64,000 nucleotides of DNA from an uncultured virus (IMG/VR IMGVR_UViG_3300025529_000005). Taxonomy: Duplodnaviria; Heunggongvirae; Uroviricota; Caudoviricetes. The stretch lies in the IMG/VR virus record IMGVR_UViG_3300025529_000005, one strand, 5' to 3'. Positions 39,534 to 48,894 of this stretch are shown here, in pieces (position 1 is the first letter of the stretch; every line of letters begins with the position of its first letter). The position numbers were made by a program, and so were the translations under genes. The notes beneath the pieces were generated by a model. The model ran no database searches, was not told the DNA's origin, and was given only the letters and a program-made list of their open reading frames with translations.

Positions 39534-40114
39534 CTCCGGAAATACATATGGTATGGAAATGTTTCGATCACGCGCTGTAGACCCTGTAGGATTCGGTTTC
39601 GGTTGGATTGTAACGCCTTCCGCAAAAAAAACGTTGGCGGTGTAGGCTTGAACTTCGCATCAATCACGCCGCGTTCAGCCAGTTCTTCAAGGTTTACTCC
39701 GGCATAACGACCGCGTGAAACCTTGATTTCGCCGTCAATGCTCTTGTATCGTCCCGGCGGACGACCGACGACAACCCGCGTTGACTTAGAACGCAACCTG
39801 TTCCAGTATTCCGAATTCATGTACGTCACAAGTCCAGGGTTCTCGCTCGGTCCAGCCATAAGCGAACCTTTACCGAATTGCTCAAGCCATGCCTGCCAAT
39901 GGTCTGCCGTGATATCCGCAACGATCATATCCTGCCCGAGTGCATAGATGTCTTTGGTGAGCCTGTTCCGCACATCCGGGTAATATCGTATATTGCTTTC
40001 TGCTGTCCGTAAGACCAATTCAGCCAACTCTTCGGCTTCCTGCATCAAGATTCTGCGTAAGTCCATTTCCGCCCGCTCATGGTCATACCCTTTAATCAGG
40101 ATTTCAACACTCAT
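39530..40114 (-). CDS. neck/tail completion protein (HK97 gp10-like)
   Basis: Synteny; WLEQFGKG, FFLRKAL. Confidence 0.6.
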   Translation of the reverse strand: MSVEILIKGYDHERAEMDLRRILMQEAEELAELVLRTAESNIRYYPDVRNRLTKDIYALGQDMIVADITADHWQAWLEQFGKGSLMAGPSENPGLVTYMNSEYWNRLRSKSTRVVVGRPPGRYKSIDGEIKVSRGRYAGVNLEELAERGVIDAKFKPTPPTFFLRKALQSNRNRILQGLQRVIETFPYHMYFRR

Positions 40115-40686
40115 CTTCTATCCTCCGAAAGTTGGACATAGAAAAGATTTGGATAACGAAAGTCATCAATGGCGTCAACCTGATATTTCCGACCGTTCAG
40201 GATTACCCGATCCGGCGAGTCCAGTTCGGTAGGACGCTTGATATTGACGTTGGATTGCATGAGCAGGACATAAACCGTTGTCGGGAGCAATCCGACATCC
40301 TCTTGACGCAATCGAGCGTTGATATATTGAGCGTAGACAACGACATCAGACTGAACGGTTTGGAATGATGGTTCGCCAATCGGATTGTCGTTTTCGTCCA
40401 ACTCTTGTGACCAGCGCTGAATATCAACCGTTGTGTTCGTTTTGATCATGAGGCAATAGCAGTCGTGTTCTGCTGTTCGTCTCATGGACTGAACAAGGAA
40501 CGATTCTCCATTGGTCACAAGTGAACCCGTTTTTACGGCTGAAACAGGCGAGAAAACACCGTTATAAAGGTACTCCTGCCGAAACACTGTAGATGATCGA
40601 CTATCCCTTGACAGGATTACCTTTTCCGGCACCCCATCAACGAGACAATCCGTGTGACGGTGAGAAAAATCATAGAACATGATCAC
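40111..40686 (-). CDS. head closure protein
   Basis: Synteny; DRVILNGRKYQV. Confidence 0.6.
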   Translation of the reverse strand: MIMFYDFSHRHTDCLVDGVPEKVILSRDSRSSTVFRQEYLYNGVFSPVSAVKTGSLVTNGESFLVQSMRRTAEHDCYCLMIKTNTTVDIQRWSQELDENDNPIGEPSFQTVQSDVVVYAQYINARLRQEDVGLLPTTVYVLLMQSNVNIKRPTELDSPDRVILNGRKYQVDAIDDFRYPNLFYVQLSEDRR

Positions 40687-41253
40687 TCACCTCATCGGAC
40701 GATGAACGTATTCCGAGAGCAGTTCGTCAATCTCATCCGTGACGATCTTCGGGCTGAAGTATTCAATGGAGAAATCGAAGTCCCTCTTCGCCTTGACGTT
40801 CTGATTGACGTTGTTCGCCAACTTTGCAATAATCAAGCCGCAGGCGACTTTCACTTTGTCCGGGATCGGTTCCCAACCGCTGGTATAGGTTACTTCCAGT
40901 TCGACATACGGCGCACCATACGGCGAAATTCCGAGCGTTACAAATCCAATCCACTTGTCTACGTCCAGCGCATTAACGTCGATTGTCTCGAACGACGGAG
41001 GACCAAAAAAGAGATCGCCTGTCCATCCAAACTTCGGGCGGGCTTTCACTTCCGTTACTGCGATAACGGGATAGAAGGATAGATGTCCCTTCCCCTGTTC
41101 CGTCAGTGGAATTCGTTCGGTGTACGATTTGACACCGATTTCCCGTTTGCAATACGCATCGATGATCGACGATGCACGGATAATGAGCGAATTGGTCAAC
41201 GTTATGCCTTGAGGGACATAATCCGTTTCATCAACCGTCAGATAGGCGCTCAT
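40687..41253 (-). CDS. head-tail adaptor
   Basis: ASSIIDAYC, VTYTSGWEPIPDKVKVAC. Confidence 0.75.
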   Translation of the reverse strand: MSAYLTVDETDYVPQGITLTNSLIIRASSIIDAYCKREIGVKSYTERIPLTEQGKGHLSFYPVIAVTEVKARPKFGWTGDLFFGPPSFETIDVNALDVDKWIGFVTLGISPYGAPYVELEVTYTSGWEPIPDKVKVACGLIIAKLANNVNQNVKAKRDFDFSIEYFSPKIVTDEIDELLSEYVHRPMR

Positions 41254-41474
41254 TCGACATACCCCGCATCTTTCAGTTCGTTGGCAAGACGTTCAGGAAG
41301 TTTGGCCTTTCCATTTACGAAAGTAAACACTTTGCCATTCACATAAATGGTGTGCCGCCCCTCACGATTGCCCCAACCCTTCAGAACAACACCTTTCAAT
41401 TCAACCTTAGCGGACCCGTCTGGCAAAGACGGCTGAACATCCAATTCGGGAGTTTCAACTTTCCTCCGAGCCAT
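41250..41474 (-). CDS. small virion-associated protein
   Basis: Follows capsid gene. Confidence 0.55.
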   Translation of the reverse strand: MARRKVETPELDVQPSLPDGSAKVELKGVVLKGWGNREGRHTIYVNGKVFTFVNGKAKLPERLANELKDAGYVE

Positions 41475-41522
41475 GCGAACACCCCTTATAAAAAGATCAG
41501 GCGGTCAAACGACCGCCTTTTC

Positions 41523-42521
41523 TTAGCCAATCTTCGCAATCGTCGGGCGCGTGATATATCCGTATGCATGTGCATAGGACGGCCCTTTTGCAACCGGAGC
41601 ACCGTATTTGATCGCAACAAACTTCCGCTGAAGATCGGAAGTGGTTCCGAGTTCAAACAGGAACGCGCCGCGCTGCCCAACATAGTGATATTCTATCATC
41701 GGCTCCGTCACAATGGCGATTCCGTAATCCGTTTTGTCCGGGTCCGTATCATTGACCTTCGATTCAATGAACGGTTCCGGAATGATCGGCAGACGTCCTG
41801 CGGAAGTCAAAATCGTTGCTACCTCGATACCAGCGACAACCGTTTTGTCGAAAGGATTCGTCATGGTTCCGGCTTCAACCGCTTGCCGGACTTCTTCTTC
41901 CATGTAGTAATGAGCAATCGGATCGATATAAATTGCCGTCGGACGCAGTTCGTATTTTTCGCTGGCAACCATTGCGGCAACTTGCGCTCGGATGGCGGCA
42001 ACGATGGATGCCGATTCGCCAACCGTAAAGGTATTCGTAATTTGCTTTGCAAGCCCGACATATTGCAACGTTGTCGGAGAAGACAGAGACGTGTCATTTC
42101 CGCGCCACAGCGCCTTGCCGTGTGCCAGCGAAATACCGTTGATCATGTCGTTCAGGTCTTTCGCTTGCAACTCCGGCCAATTGTTTTGTTGTGCAGCGAG
42201 TTGCAAGTCATAGTGACCGTAGTTGACCTGATTGGTCAGCGCCTTGATTTTGACCGTGCGAGCAACGCGGTTGTTGGCTTGCGCCGTAGCAGACGGACTT
42301 CTCGGATCAACAAACGCCCCTTCCTTGAGTTCTGTTTGTTCGAAATAGGACGAAAAGTCACCCGTCGCCGGTACGTAGTTAATTCGCGAATCCAGAACTG
42401 AATTGCGACGGAATGCATCCGTGATCTCTTTTTGATACTCGTCAACAATAATCGCACCCGGCGCAACAATTTGAGCAGCCGCGGACAGTTCGACAAACTG
42501 CGTTTCAGTTACTTGTGCCAT
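41523..42521 (-). CDS. major capsid protein
   Basis: Synteny after scaffold/protease; 332 aa. Confidence 0.85.
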   Translation of the reverse strand: MAQVTETQFVELSAAAQIVAPGAIIVDEYQKEITDAFRRNSVLDSRINYVPATGDFSSYFEQTELKEGAFVDPRSPSATAQANNRVARTVKIKALTNQVNYGHYDLQLAAQQNNWPELQAKDLNDMINGISLAHGKALWRGNDTSLSSPTTLQYVGLAKQITNTFTVGESASIVAAIRAQVAAMVASEKYELRPTAIYIDPIAHYYMEEEVRQAVEAGTMTNPFDKTVVAGIEVATILTSAGRLPIIPEPFIESKVNDTDPDKTDYGIAIVTEPMIEYHYVGQRGAFLFELGTTSDLQRKFVAIKYGAPVAKGPSYAHAYGYITRPTIAKIG

Positions 42522-42573
42522 TGATTAACACCATCCTTTTTTAGTAATAAAAAACAGCAATCCGAAATTCGGA

Positions 42574-43620
42574 TTACTGCTTATCAGTTTGTTTCGCCAT
42601 GATTTCTTTGTGTTTGATCTTCAACGCAAGCGATTCAGAAGCCGACAGATTCAGTCGGTCAACCGCTGCGCAAAATGCTTTGTGATCGGACTCAACATCT
42701 TCATCAACTGTCTGTCCGTACTTCGCCAGCAGTTGTGCTGCACTCGCCGTCTTTCGTTCCGGCTCTTTCTCCGGAATCTTTGCGGCGGCCTTCAACTCTT
42801 CGATTTCCTTTTTCAGTTTTTCAGCTTCTTCTTTGGCTGCTTTCAGTTCAGCATCAGCCGAAGCTTTTTGCTCTTCTTCTTTTTTCTTCTGATTAGCGGC
42901 TTTCAGTGCATCCAATTCACTCTTGATCGCCCCGACTTCCGTTTTGACTTCGCCGACCACTTTTTCTACACTTGCCGACAGTTCCGTTTTCAGGCTATCC
43001 AGCATTTCCTTCAATTCTTTTGCGTCCACTTCGGACACCTCCCGATCTTTTTTGGAATTTCGAGCAGCAAAGCTTGTATTTTTGAACGCGGCACTTTCTG
43101 CAAAGAGAATCGCGCCACCCGTTCCGCAAAACTCAATGACATCAAGCACATTTTCATCATCTTCGGCATTCTTTACGGATGCTTCCATTTCAAGGGAAGC
43201 ACCAAAACGGTATTCTTCCCAACCGTATTCGTCAGCCAATCCATTGTAATAACGAATCGTCGCCACAACATCAGGAAAGTCTTTGCCGTAAAGATAACCT
43301 TCGACCATTGCGAAGCCGTCCATCGTCCGATACGCCTTTTCGATCACACCAACTTTGAATCTAGTATCATGCCCGCGCATTTCATTGTGGTAGTCGATGT
43401 TGAAAGCCATGCCGACGAATGTATCAATATATTGATCGCACACGTCGGACGAAATGCGGATACATTTTCCGTTTGCCCCTTCCGGCGAACCGTCCGAAGG
43501 CTTATCTACCTCGAACAAGGCGCATTTGAAAGGGATCTTGTTTGGATGTCCATTCGCAACGTCCATCAACTGAAACTGGCGCGGCTTCAGGTTTTTGCTC
43601 ATCTTTAAGACATGTTTCAT
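42574..43620 (-). CDS. prohead protease-scaffold protein
   Basis: N-terminal protease-like (GHDTRFKVG, GASLE), charged coiled-coil C-term. Confidence 0.75.
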   Translation of the reverse strand: MKHVLKMSKNLKPRQFQLMDVANGHPNKIPFKCALFEVDKPSDGSPEGANGKCIRISSDVCDQYIDTFVGMAFNIDYHNEMRGHDTRFKVGVIEKAYRTMDGFAMVEGYLYGKDFPDVVATIRYYNGLADEYGWEEYRFGASLEMEASVKNAEDDENVLDVIEFCGTGGAILFAESAAFKNTSFAARNSKKDREVSEVDAKELKEMLDSLKTELSASVEKVVGEVKTEVGAIKSELDALKAANQKKKEEEQKASADAELKAAKEEAEKLKKEIEELKAAAKIPEKEPERKTASAAQLLAKYGQTVDEDVESDHKAFCAAVDRLNLSASESLALKIKHKEIMAKQTDKQ

Positions 43621-43651
43621 GGGTTCACCCCCTTACGACATCTTTCTTTTT

Positions 43652-43855
43652 TCAATTTCTTGCGATGGATGCATTCGCCCACATGACAGCCTCTTCAAGT
43701 TTGGTAAATGCAAGCGACTTTTCACGGCTGTTTGGACATTCGGCGTCAAACAAATAAGCTAGTTCCTTCGCCTTCTCACGGATCGCTTCATACTTTTCTG
43801 GTTGCCCTTCTTTCGGCGCATGATACTTGAAATTGTTTTCAATGACCGGATTCAA
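43652..43855 (-). CDS. Acb2/Tad1-like helical hairpin protein
   Basis: CPNSREKSLAFTKLEEAVMWANASIAR. Confidence 0.65.
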   Translation of the reverse strand: MNPVIENNFKYHAPKEGQPEKYEAIREKAKELAYLFDAECPNSREKSLAFTKLEEAVMWANASIARN

Positions 43856-43892
43856 GGTTTCTCACCACCTTCCAAAGCAAAATAAAAAACAC

Positions 43893-45239
43893 CTACTCAT
43901 CGCCAGCGTCATCACCATTTTCATTCGGTTCTATTTGTTCTGGTTCGTCTTTTCCTGTTTTACCTTCGGCTTCTAGCATTGAACCGTCTTCTAGCGATTT
44001 GTTTATATCCATGGATTTTACATTCGACGGCAGCAACACAACCTCACCATGACCATTCGGCAACGGTTGTTTTGCCAGACTGTCTGCCCTTACTTCATCT
44101 GGTGTAATAACTCGACGATCAAGGTAAATAGCGTCAATCTCGGCTTTGATCTTCTGGTCCTTCAACGATTGGGCGTAATGGAATTTAAACTGGATGGCGT
44201 CGCCCAACCCAAAAAAGTCATCAATAATCTTGTCGTTGATATGCTCCGCAATAGTGTCTGCTACAGATTGGATGGTTGCATTTGTATCTTCATCCTCACT
44301 TTCTGCCGTGCTTCGGTTTACATCTTTTGTCTGCCCCAGTTTTTTTGGTGAAACACCGAATGCAATAGCCACAATCTCGATGAGGAATCTTTGCCACTCG
44401 ATAAATAGCGACTTATCATCAGTTGCGCCTAAATCCAATACAGAAGGATTCTCGCTGCCTATAATCGGCATTACACCGCGCCCACGGACTTCGTTTTCCC
44501 AGTATGCACGAAAGGCGGCTATTGCATCTTTGTCCGCACCCTTACCTAAATTAAGAATTTTGCGAAAAAATGTATTTCCAGCCTGTTTTCCCGCGGATTT
44601 GTGTGCAGAAATAAAGTTATTGACGCTTTCCCACACCGTTTCAAGCGGCGAAAGCCCGAAAGGTGTATTTGTTCGCGGATTCATTCGAATATACATCAAT
44701 TCGTCGTCTGTCAAGTCTACGTATTTCCCATTAGGCAACCGTTGGGCATATCGGTATGAATCGCGTTTTCCATCCCAGTCTGGATACAATTCGATCGAAA
44801 AGGCATCAACCGGGAATAATCGAAGCGGACGCTGTTTGTCCCCCGCTCTCACAATCTCGCTTGCTCCTGCGCTGGTTACAAGCATATCCTCAACGATCTG
44901 TTCCACCCATAACCGGAAGGAATCGGTTTGATTCGGCTTCCGCAACGTTCGAGTGATCAATTTGCATATTTCCGCATATTTTTCTTGCTCGTTTTCGTCA
45001 ATCGCCGTAACGGACCATTCCAGACGCGATACCCCGTCCTTTATGACGTTGATCGCCCGTCTTGGAATCGGCGATTCACTAAGCAAGCGTAGATTGGCCG
45101 GAGTTCGCTTCATGACCGGCTGATTCGTCCGACCACCAAACCAATAATACGGAAACGGATAGACTTCCGTCTGACGATCCGGGTCTTTTTTTGTCCGTCC
45201 AGCTTCAAGCCAATTTATAAACCATGAACGCAGTCCCAA
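43893..45239 (-). CDS. portal protein
   Basis: GLSPLE, IAIAFGVSP, ITPDEVR; 448 aa. Confidence 0.9.
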   Translation of the reverse strand: MGLRSWFINWLEAGRTKKDPDRQTEVYPFPYYWFGGRTNQPVMKRTPANLRLLSESPIPRRAINVIKDGVSRLEWSVTAIDENEQEKYAEICKLITRTLRKPNQTDSFRLWVEQIVEDMLVTSAGASEIVRAGDKQRPLRLFPVDAFSIELYPDWDGKRDSYRYAQRLPNGKYVDLTDDELMYIRMNPRTNTPFGLSPLETVWESVNNFISAHKSAGKQAGNTFFRKILNLGKGADKDAIAAFRAYWENEVRGRGVMPIIGSENPSVLDLGATDDKSLFIEWQRFLIEIVAIAFGVSPKKLGQTKDVNRSTAESEDEDTNATIQSVADTIAEHINDKIIDDFFGLGDAIQFKFHYAQSLKDQKIKAEIDAIYLDRRVITPDEVRADSLAKQPLPNGHGEVVLLPSNVKSMDINKSLEDGSMLEAEGKTGKDEPEQIEPNENGDDAGDE

Positions 45240-45277
45240 ATTCTCACCGCCTTTCTATGGGATATAGGAATCACATG

Positions 45278-45841
45278 TCACATAATCATCTTCATTATCC
45301 TGTCAACTTGTCTGTACGTTTCATCCAACGTTCTGCTGTTGTCAATCTCAAAATCAACATCGTATGTGTCAATGTAACGTTCCGTTTCATGTTCCATATC
45401 TTCTTCGGCAAAATTATCGCCCGAAGCCCGCGCCCTTTTAATTCGCAACTCATCCGGACAATTGACGCGAACGATCACAAAACCTGCTTCTCTGCATCTT
45501 TCATACTCGTTCGGCTGTCGGAGATCGGTTATGACGATTGACAGAATACCATGACGCTCATCACTTCTAGAAAGATACGATTTGATTGAATTAAAACACT
45601 TGTCTACCCAGATATTCTCTCCAAGCAGTCGGCGCATCATTTGCCCGTGCATTTGATACCCAATACGCGGTTTCGGGATGCGCGGAATTTCTGGATAACG
45701 TTTATGAAAATCTTCTTTCAGTTCGTCACCAAAAGCAAAGCGAGCGTATCCGTATTTTTCAAATAAATATCGAGCGACAACATCCTTTCCGCTCCGGAAT
45801 TTTCCTGTTAGCGCGATGTTAACGTCGTACAACCACATCAC
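45278..45841 (-). CDS. deoxynucleoside monophosphate kinase-like P-loop protein
   Basis: GKFRSGKD, ITDLRQPNE, HETE. Confidence 0.8.
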   Translation of the reverse strand: MMWLYDVNIALTGKFRSGKDVVARYLFEKYGYARFAFGDELKEDFHKRYPEIPRIPKPRIGYQMHGQMMRRLLGENIWVDKCFNSIKSYLSRSDERHGILSIVITDLRQPNEYERCREAGFVIVRVNCPDELRIKRARASGDNFAEEDMEHETERYIDTYDVDFEIDNSRTLDETYRQVDRIMKMIM

Positions 45842-46862
45842 CCCTCACCATCTTCAAATAATCTATACCATCCCGATAATCCCGAAACGGCACGATCTTT
45901 TTCACGCCCGGAAACAAAATAGCCAACGGACTTCGTGCGTCTGCCCTAAACGCTCCAATCCATTGGCTATAGTCATCTGTGATTTTGTAACTGCCCGTCC
46001 GCATCCAGACGGTATCTTTGTTCGCGGATGATTTTGCGTGTACTTCGTTGTAATGCAAATGTCCCAACGCTATAATATCCGCGTGCGTGTTTGCAAACAG
46101 GTTACGCTGGCTGTTCGTCGTGTTCAAACTGGAGTTATACCGGTATGAATGATGGGCGTGTATCTTATATTCCATGCCGCCAAGATTCAGCGTGATTTCC
46201 CCGCCGTACCACAAATACGGCACTCCCGCTTTTCTTGCTAGATATTTTACAAAATCTTCGCCTGTTTCTTTCAATTCCCAATTGTCGTGATTGCCCTTGA
46301 GCATAACAAGCAATCTTTCGGCTAGATACTCGTCTATCAAATGTTCGCATATCTCGCGCTGATTGTCTGGTGTAATGATCTGATCAAACATCCCGCCCGG
46401 ATGGGATCGCGTAATGTAATTGTCCGTGTAGTCACCCATCCCAACAACATATAGACCATCTGTGTCCCGATATGTGCGGAAATCCTCCAACATCATCTCA
46501 TGATCCGTATAAAGTCCACCTATATGCCAGTCGCCGCTAAATACAAGACCTATCGGTTTGTCGTCATCTATCGTGATTGCGACTTCCGTCTGACGGTCAT
46601 CAAAGTCCTGTAGTTTTTTCTGCGCTTGTATGAGGATTTTCAGCAATTCTCCAACATCATGTTCCTTTGCGTTTTTCTGATCTATGTACGTGATGTTCAT
46701 TCGCTTTATTTTCTTTCGCACACTGTCAACCGTGTACGGCCTACCAAATACAGCCTCCATCTTCCGGCAATAGTGGTCATACGTCTGTTCAGGTTCTTCG
46801 CGTATCAGACGTTTCAACGCTTCCGTTTCATCTTCCGTCCATTGTGTATATTTTTTTCGCAT
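45819..46862 (-). CDS. calcineurin-like metallophosphoesterase with N-terminal helical domain
   Basis: DWH, GD, GNHD, HAHH, GHLH. Confidence 0.88.
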   Translation of the reverse strand: MRKKYTQWTEDETEALKRLIREEPEQTYDHYCRKMEAVFGRPYTVDSVRKKIKRMNITYIDQKNAKEHDVGELLKILIQAQKKLQDFDDRQTEVAITIDDDKPIGLVFSGDWHIGGLYTDHEMMLEDFRTYRDTDGLYVVGMGDYTDNYITRSHPGGMFDQIITPDNQREICEHLIDEYLAERLLVMLKGNHDNWELKETGEDFVKYLARKAGVPYLWYGGEITLNLGGMEYKIHAHHSYRYNSSLNTTNSQRNLFANTHADIIALGHLHYNEVHAKSSANKDTVWMRTGSYKITDDYSQWIGAFRADARSPLAILFPGVKKIVPFRDYRDGIDYLKMVRGDVVVRR

Positions 46863-46941
46863 CGCTCTGCCCCCACCCCTGCAACATACTTGAGCGTTTC
46901 CCGATCTTGCGATCAACCAAACACAAATATTATAGATACTC

Positions 46942-47406
46942 TTATTGCGGCAACCACTGAAGAAGAATAAGACCACGCTTCTTGCTTTGACCGATCTTCC
47001 TAAAACCAGCTTTCAAAAAACAAAAGCCCGGATTTTTGCTCCGGACTTTCGATTGATCGACGTATGTGATTATGCCATCCCGCGGCGGCGTTCCCCATTC
47101 GTTCAATGTTGCGTCTATAGCCGCACGAATCATATCCGAACTGCGGTAACGGTCCGGCGCTTCGTTGCGGAATATCGTACATTCCCAAGCGTTTAAACCA
47201 TCATCCCGAACACCCTGCCATGTAACCCAAACCGCATCCCCTTTCGAAGTTCGCAATACAAGGTTACGTCCTGGACGAGTAAACATCGGATGTCCGACTG
47301 TCTGCCTCGAATAATGACGATCCGCAAGCATTCGGCAGGCGATATCACCTTTGTGTGTAACCATCCAAGGACCGTATTGAGGAATATCTAAAGCAAGCTG
47401 AACCAT
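46942..47406 (-). CDS. putative Mom-like GNAT-fold protein
   Basis: DRHYSR, IITYVD...NPGFCFLKAGF. Confidence 0.5.
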   Translation of the reverse strand: MVQLALDIPQYGPWMVTHKGDIACRMLADRHYSRQTVGHPMFTRPGRNLVLRTSKGDAVWVTWQGVRDDGLNAWECTIFRNEAPDRYRSSDMIRAAIDATLNEWGTPPRDGIITYVDQSKVRSKNPGFCFLKAGFRKIGQSKKRGLILLQWLPQ

Positions 47407-47488
47407 TCGATATCCTCCTATCCGTCCATTAGAAATACAAAAAGCGCCGACATAATGCCAGCGCTCAAGTAACAAATTACATCCTATT

Positions 47489-47713
47489 CTATTCTGTTAA
47501 TTTTGGTAATTCATGAGCCACGAAAAAGTAAAATCCCAAAAAAGTAACCCCAACCAGTAATAGCGACAATAGTTTGCCCCGGATTCGCAATATCCACCCG
47601 AATACAAGAATACCGATAAATTCAGGTAGGATGATGTACAATATAAGCATCTTCAATATAGCAAATGCGCCGCTTCGAAATATTTCTATGATGTCCTTAA
47701 ATGCATCATCCAA
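47489..47713 (-). CDS. small membrane protein
   Basis: Two hydrophobic segments. Confidence 0.6.
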   Translation of the reverse strand: MDDAFKDIIEIFRSGAFAILKMLILYIILPEFIGILVFGWILRIRGKLLSLLLVGVTFLGFYFFVAHELPKLTE

Positions 47714-47744
47714 GAATTATCTCTCCTCATAATCATCCATCTAA

Positions 47745-47783
47745 ACTATAACATGATGAAAATACGTGTTTACTACGGATTTT
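47745..47783 (-). promoter_or_regulatory. conserved phage promoter
   Basis: AAAATCCGTAGTAAA-N18-TATAGT. Confidence 0.6.
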
Positions 47784-47792
47784 ATTTGTTTG

Positions 47793-48437
47793 TTAGTTTT
47801 TTGGAGTAACACCAATGAATTTCTTGTATTTGTTCCAATATATATTGGACAACCTTTCTCTATGAGCTTTAAAAAAATTCAGTGAAAGATTAACTATCGT
47901 TTTAAATTCATACAATGATTGCTTAAATTCAACATCTTTAACTAATATCATTTGTCCCAATTCATCCGTCTCATAATGGAGTTTTGGTAAAAACAATTCT
48001 AGAAAATGTCTTTCAATAACAAGCACATGAACATATACTTCACCATCAATCAGCGAGGCTTCATCCATTAATTCTGATATACATAATTTAATTTTATCAA
48101 AATTTTCTCTATCCAATTCTTGCAATAATTCATCTTTGATTTTTCTAGTTAAATTGTCTAATCTACGCGTTTTAATTGGGTAATCATTTAGTATTTTTTG
48201 AGTGTCATCACGTTTAATTGTATATTTTACCCCAAAAAATGTTATGATTCCGCCAATTATCGAACCCATAAACGCCAAAATATCCCATCCTTTTACATCT
48301 AACGATGGGAACGTTACCTTAACTAAATATACAATTGTCAAAATAAGAGATGCGATAATAAGTAACAACATCACATTTATTAATATTCGTGTCATTATCT
48401 TTAAAAAACGCAACTTATAATCACCTCCCGCCGTCAT
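47793..48437 (-). CDS. AT-rich membrane protein (2 TM + cytoplasmic domain)
   Basis: FMGSIIGGIITFFGV. Confidence 0.7.
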   Translation of the reverse strand: MTAGGDYKLRFLKIMTRILINVMLLLIIASLILTIVYLVKVTFPSLDVKGWDILAFMGSIIGGIITFFGVKYTIKRDDTQKILNDYPIKTRRLDNLTRKIKDELLQELDRENFDKIKLCISELMDEASLIDGEVYVHVLVIERHFLELFLPKLHYETDELGQMILVKDVEFKQSLYEFKTIVNLSLNFFKAHRERLSNIYWNKYKKFIGVTPKN

Positions 48438-48531
48438 ACTTCGACATTAGGAAGTGATTTCCTCCATATTATGCAGGAAAATGGTGATTGCTTATTGAAA
48501 TTTGACTTATGAATAAAAGGAGGTAGGGACA

Positions 48532-48894
48532 ATGGATTATTTAACATTTTACAACAGAGCCGGAAAACCTATTTGTTATTGCGAAGATGGAGAGCATATC
48601 TATCTATTTAACGGAAAACCTGTCGCTTATTTTTATGAGGACTCTGTATATTCTTATTCTGGAAAACATCTTGGACGATTTAATGATGGATGGGTTAGAG
48701 ACAATAATGGAATGTGTGTATTCTTCACCCAGTTTGCATCTGGTGGGCCTGTTAAACCAGTAAAAGGTGCTCGCCCCACAAAGGGAGTTAAAGGTGTTAG
48801 GCCGGTTAAATCCGTAAGACAAGTAAGGCCTGTTAGACCGGTACGTTCTTTAAGTTGGTCCCCTTTATCGTCAGAAGTATTTTTCTCCCAATGA
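48532..48894 (+). CDS. 4-fold beta-flower-like protein
   Basis: Repeated YxxxGKPxxY units, KPV/RPV-rich tail. Confidence 0.7.
   Translation: MDYLTFYNRAGKPICYCEDGEHIYLFNGKPVAYFYEDSVYSYSGKHLGRFNDGWVRDNNGMCVFFTQFASGGPVKPVKGARPTKGVKGVRPVKSVRQVRPVRPVRSLSWSPLSSEVFFSQ

Noticed and set aside
41352..43608. 349-aa and 339-aa plus-strand ORFs
   Set aside because: Antisense to capsid and scaffold genes
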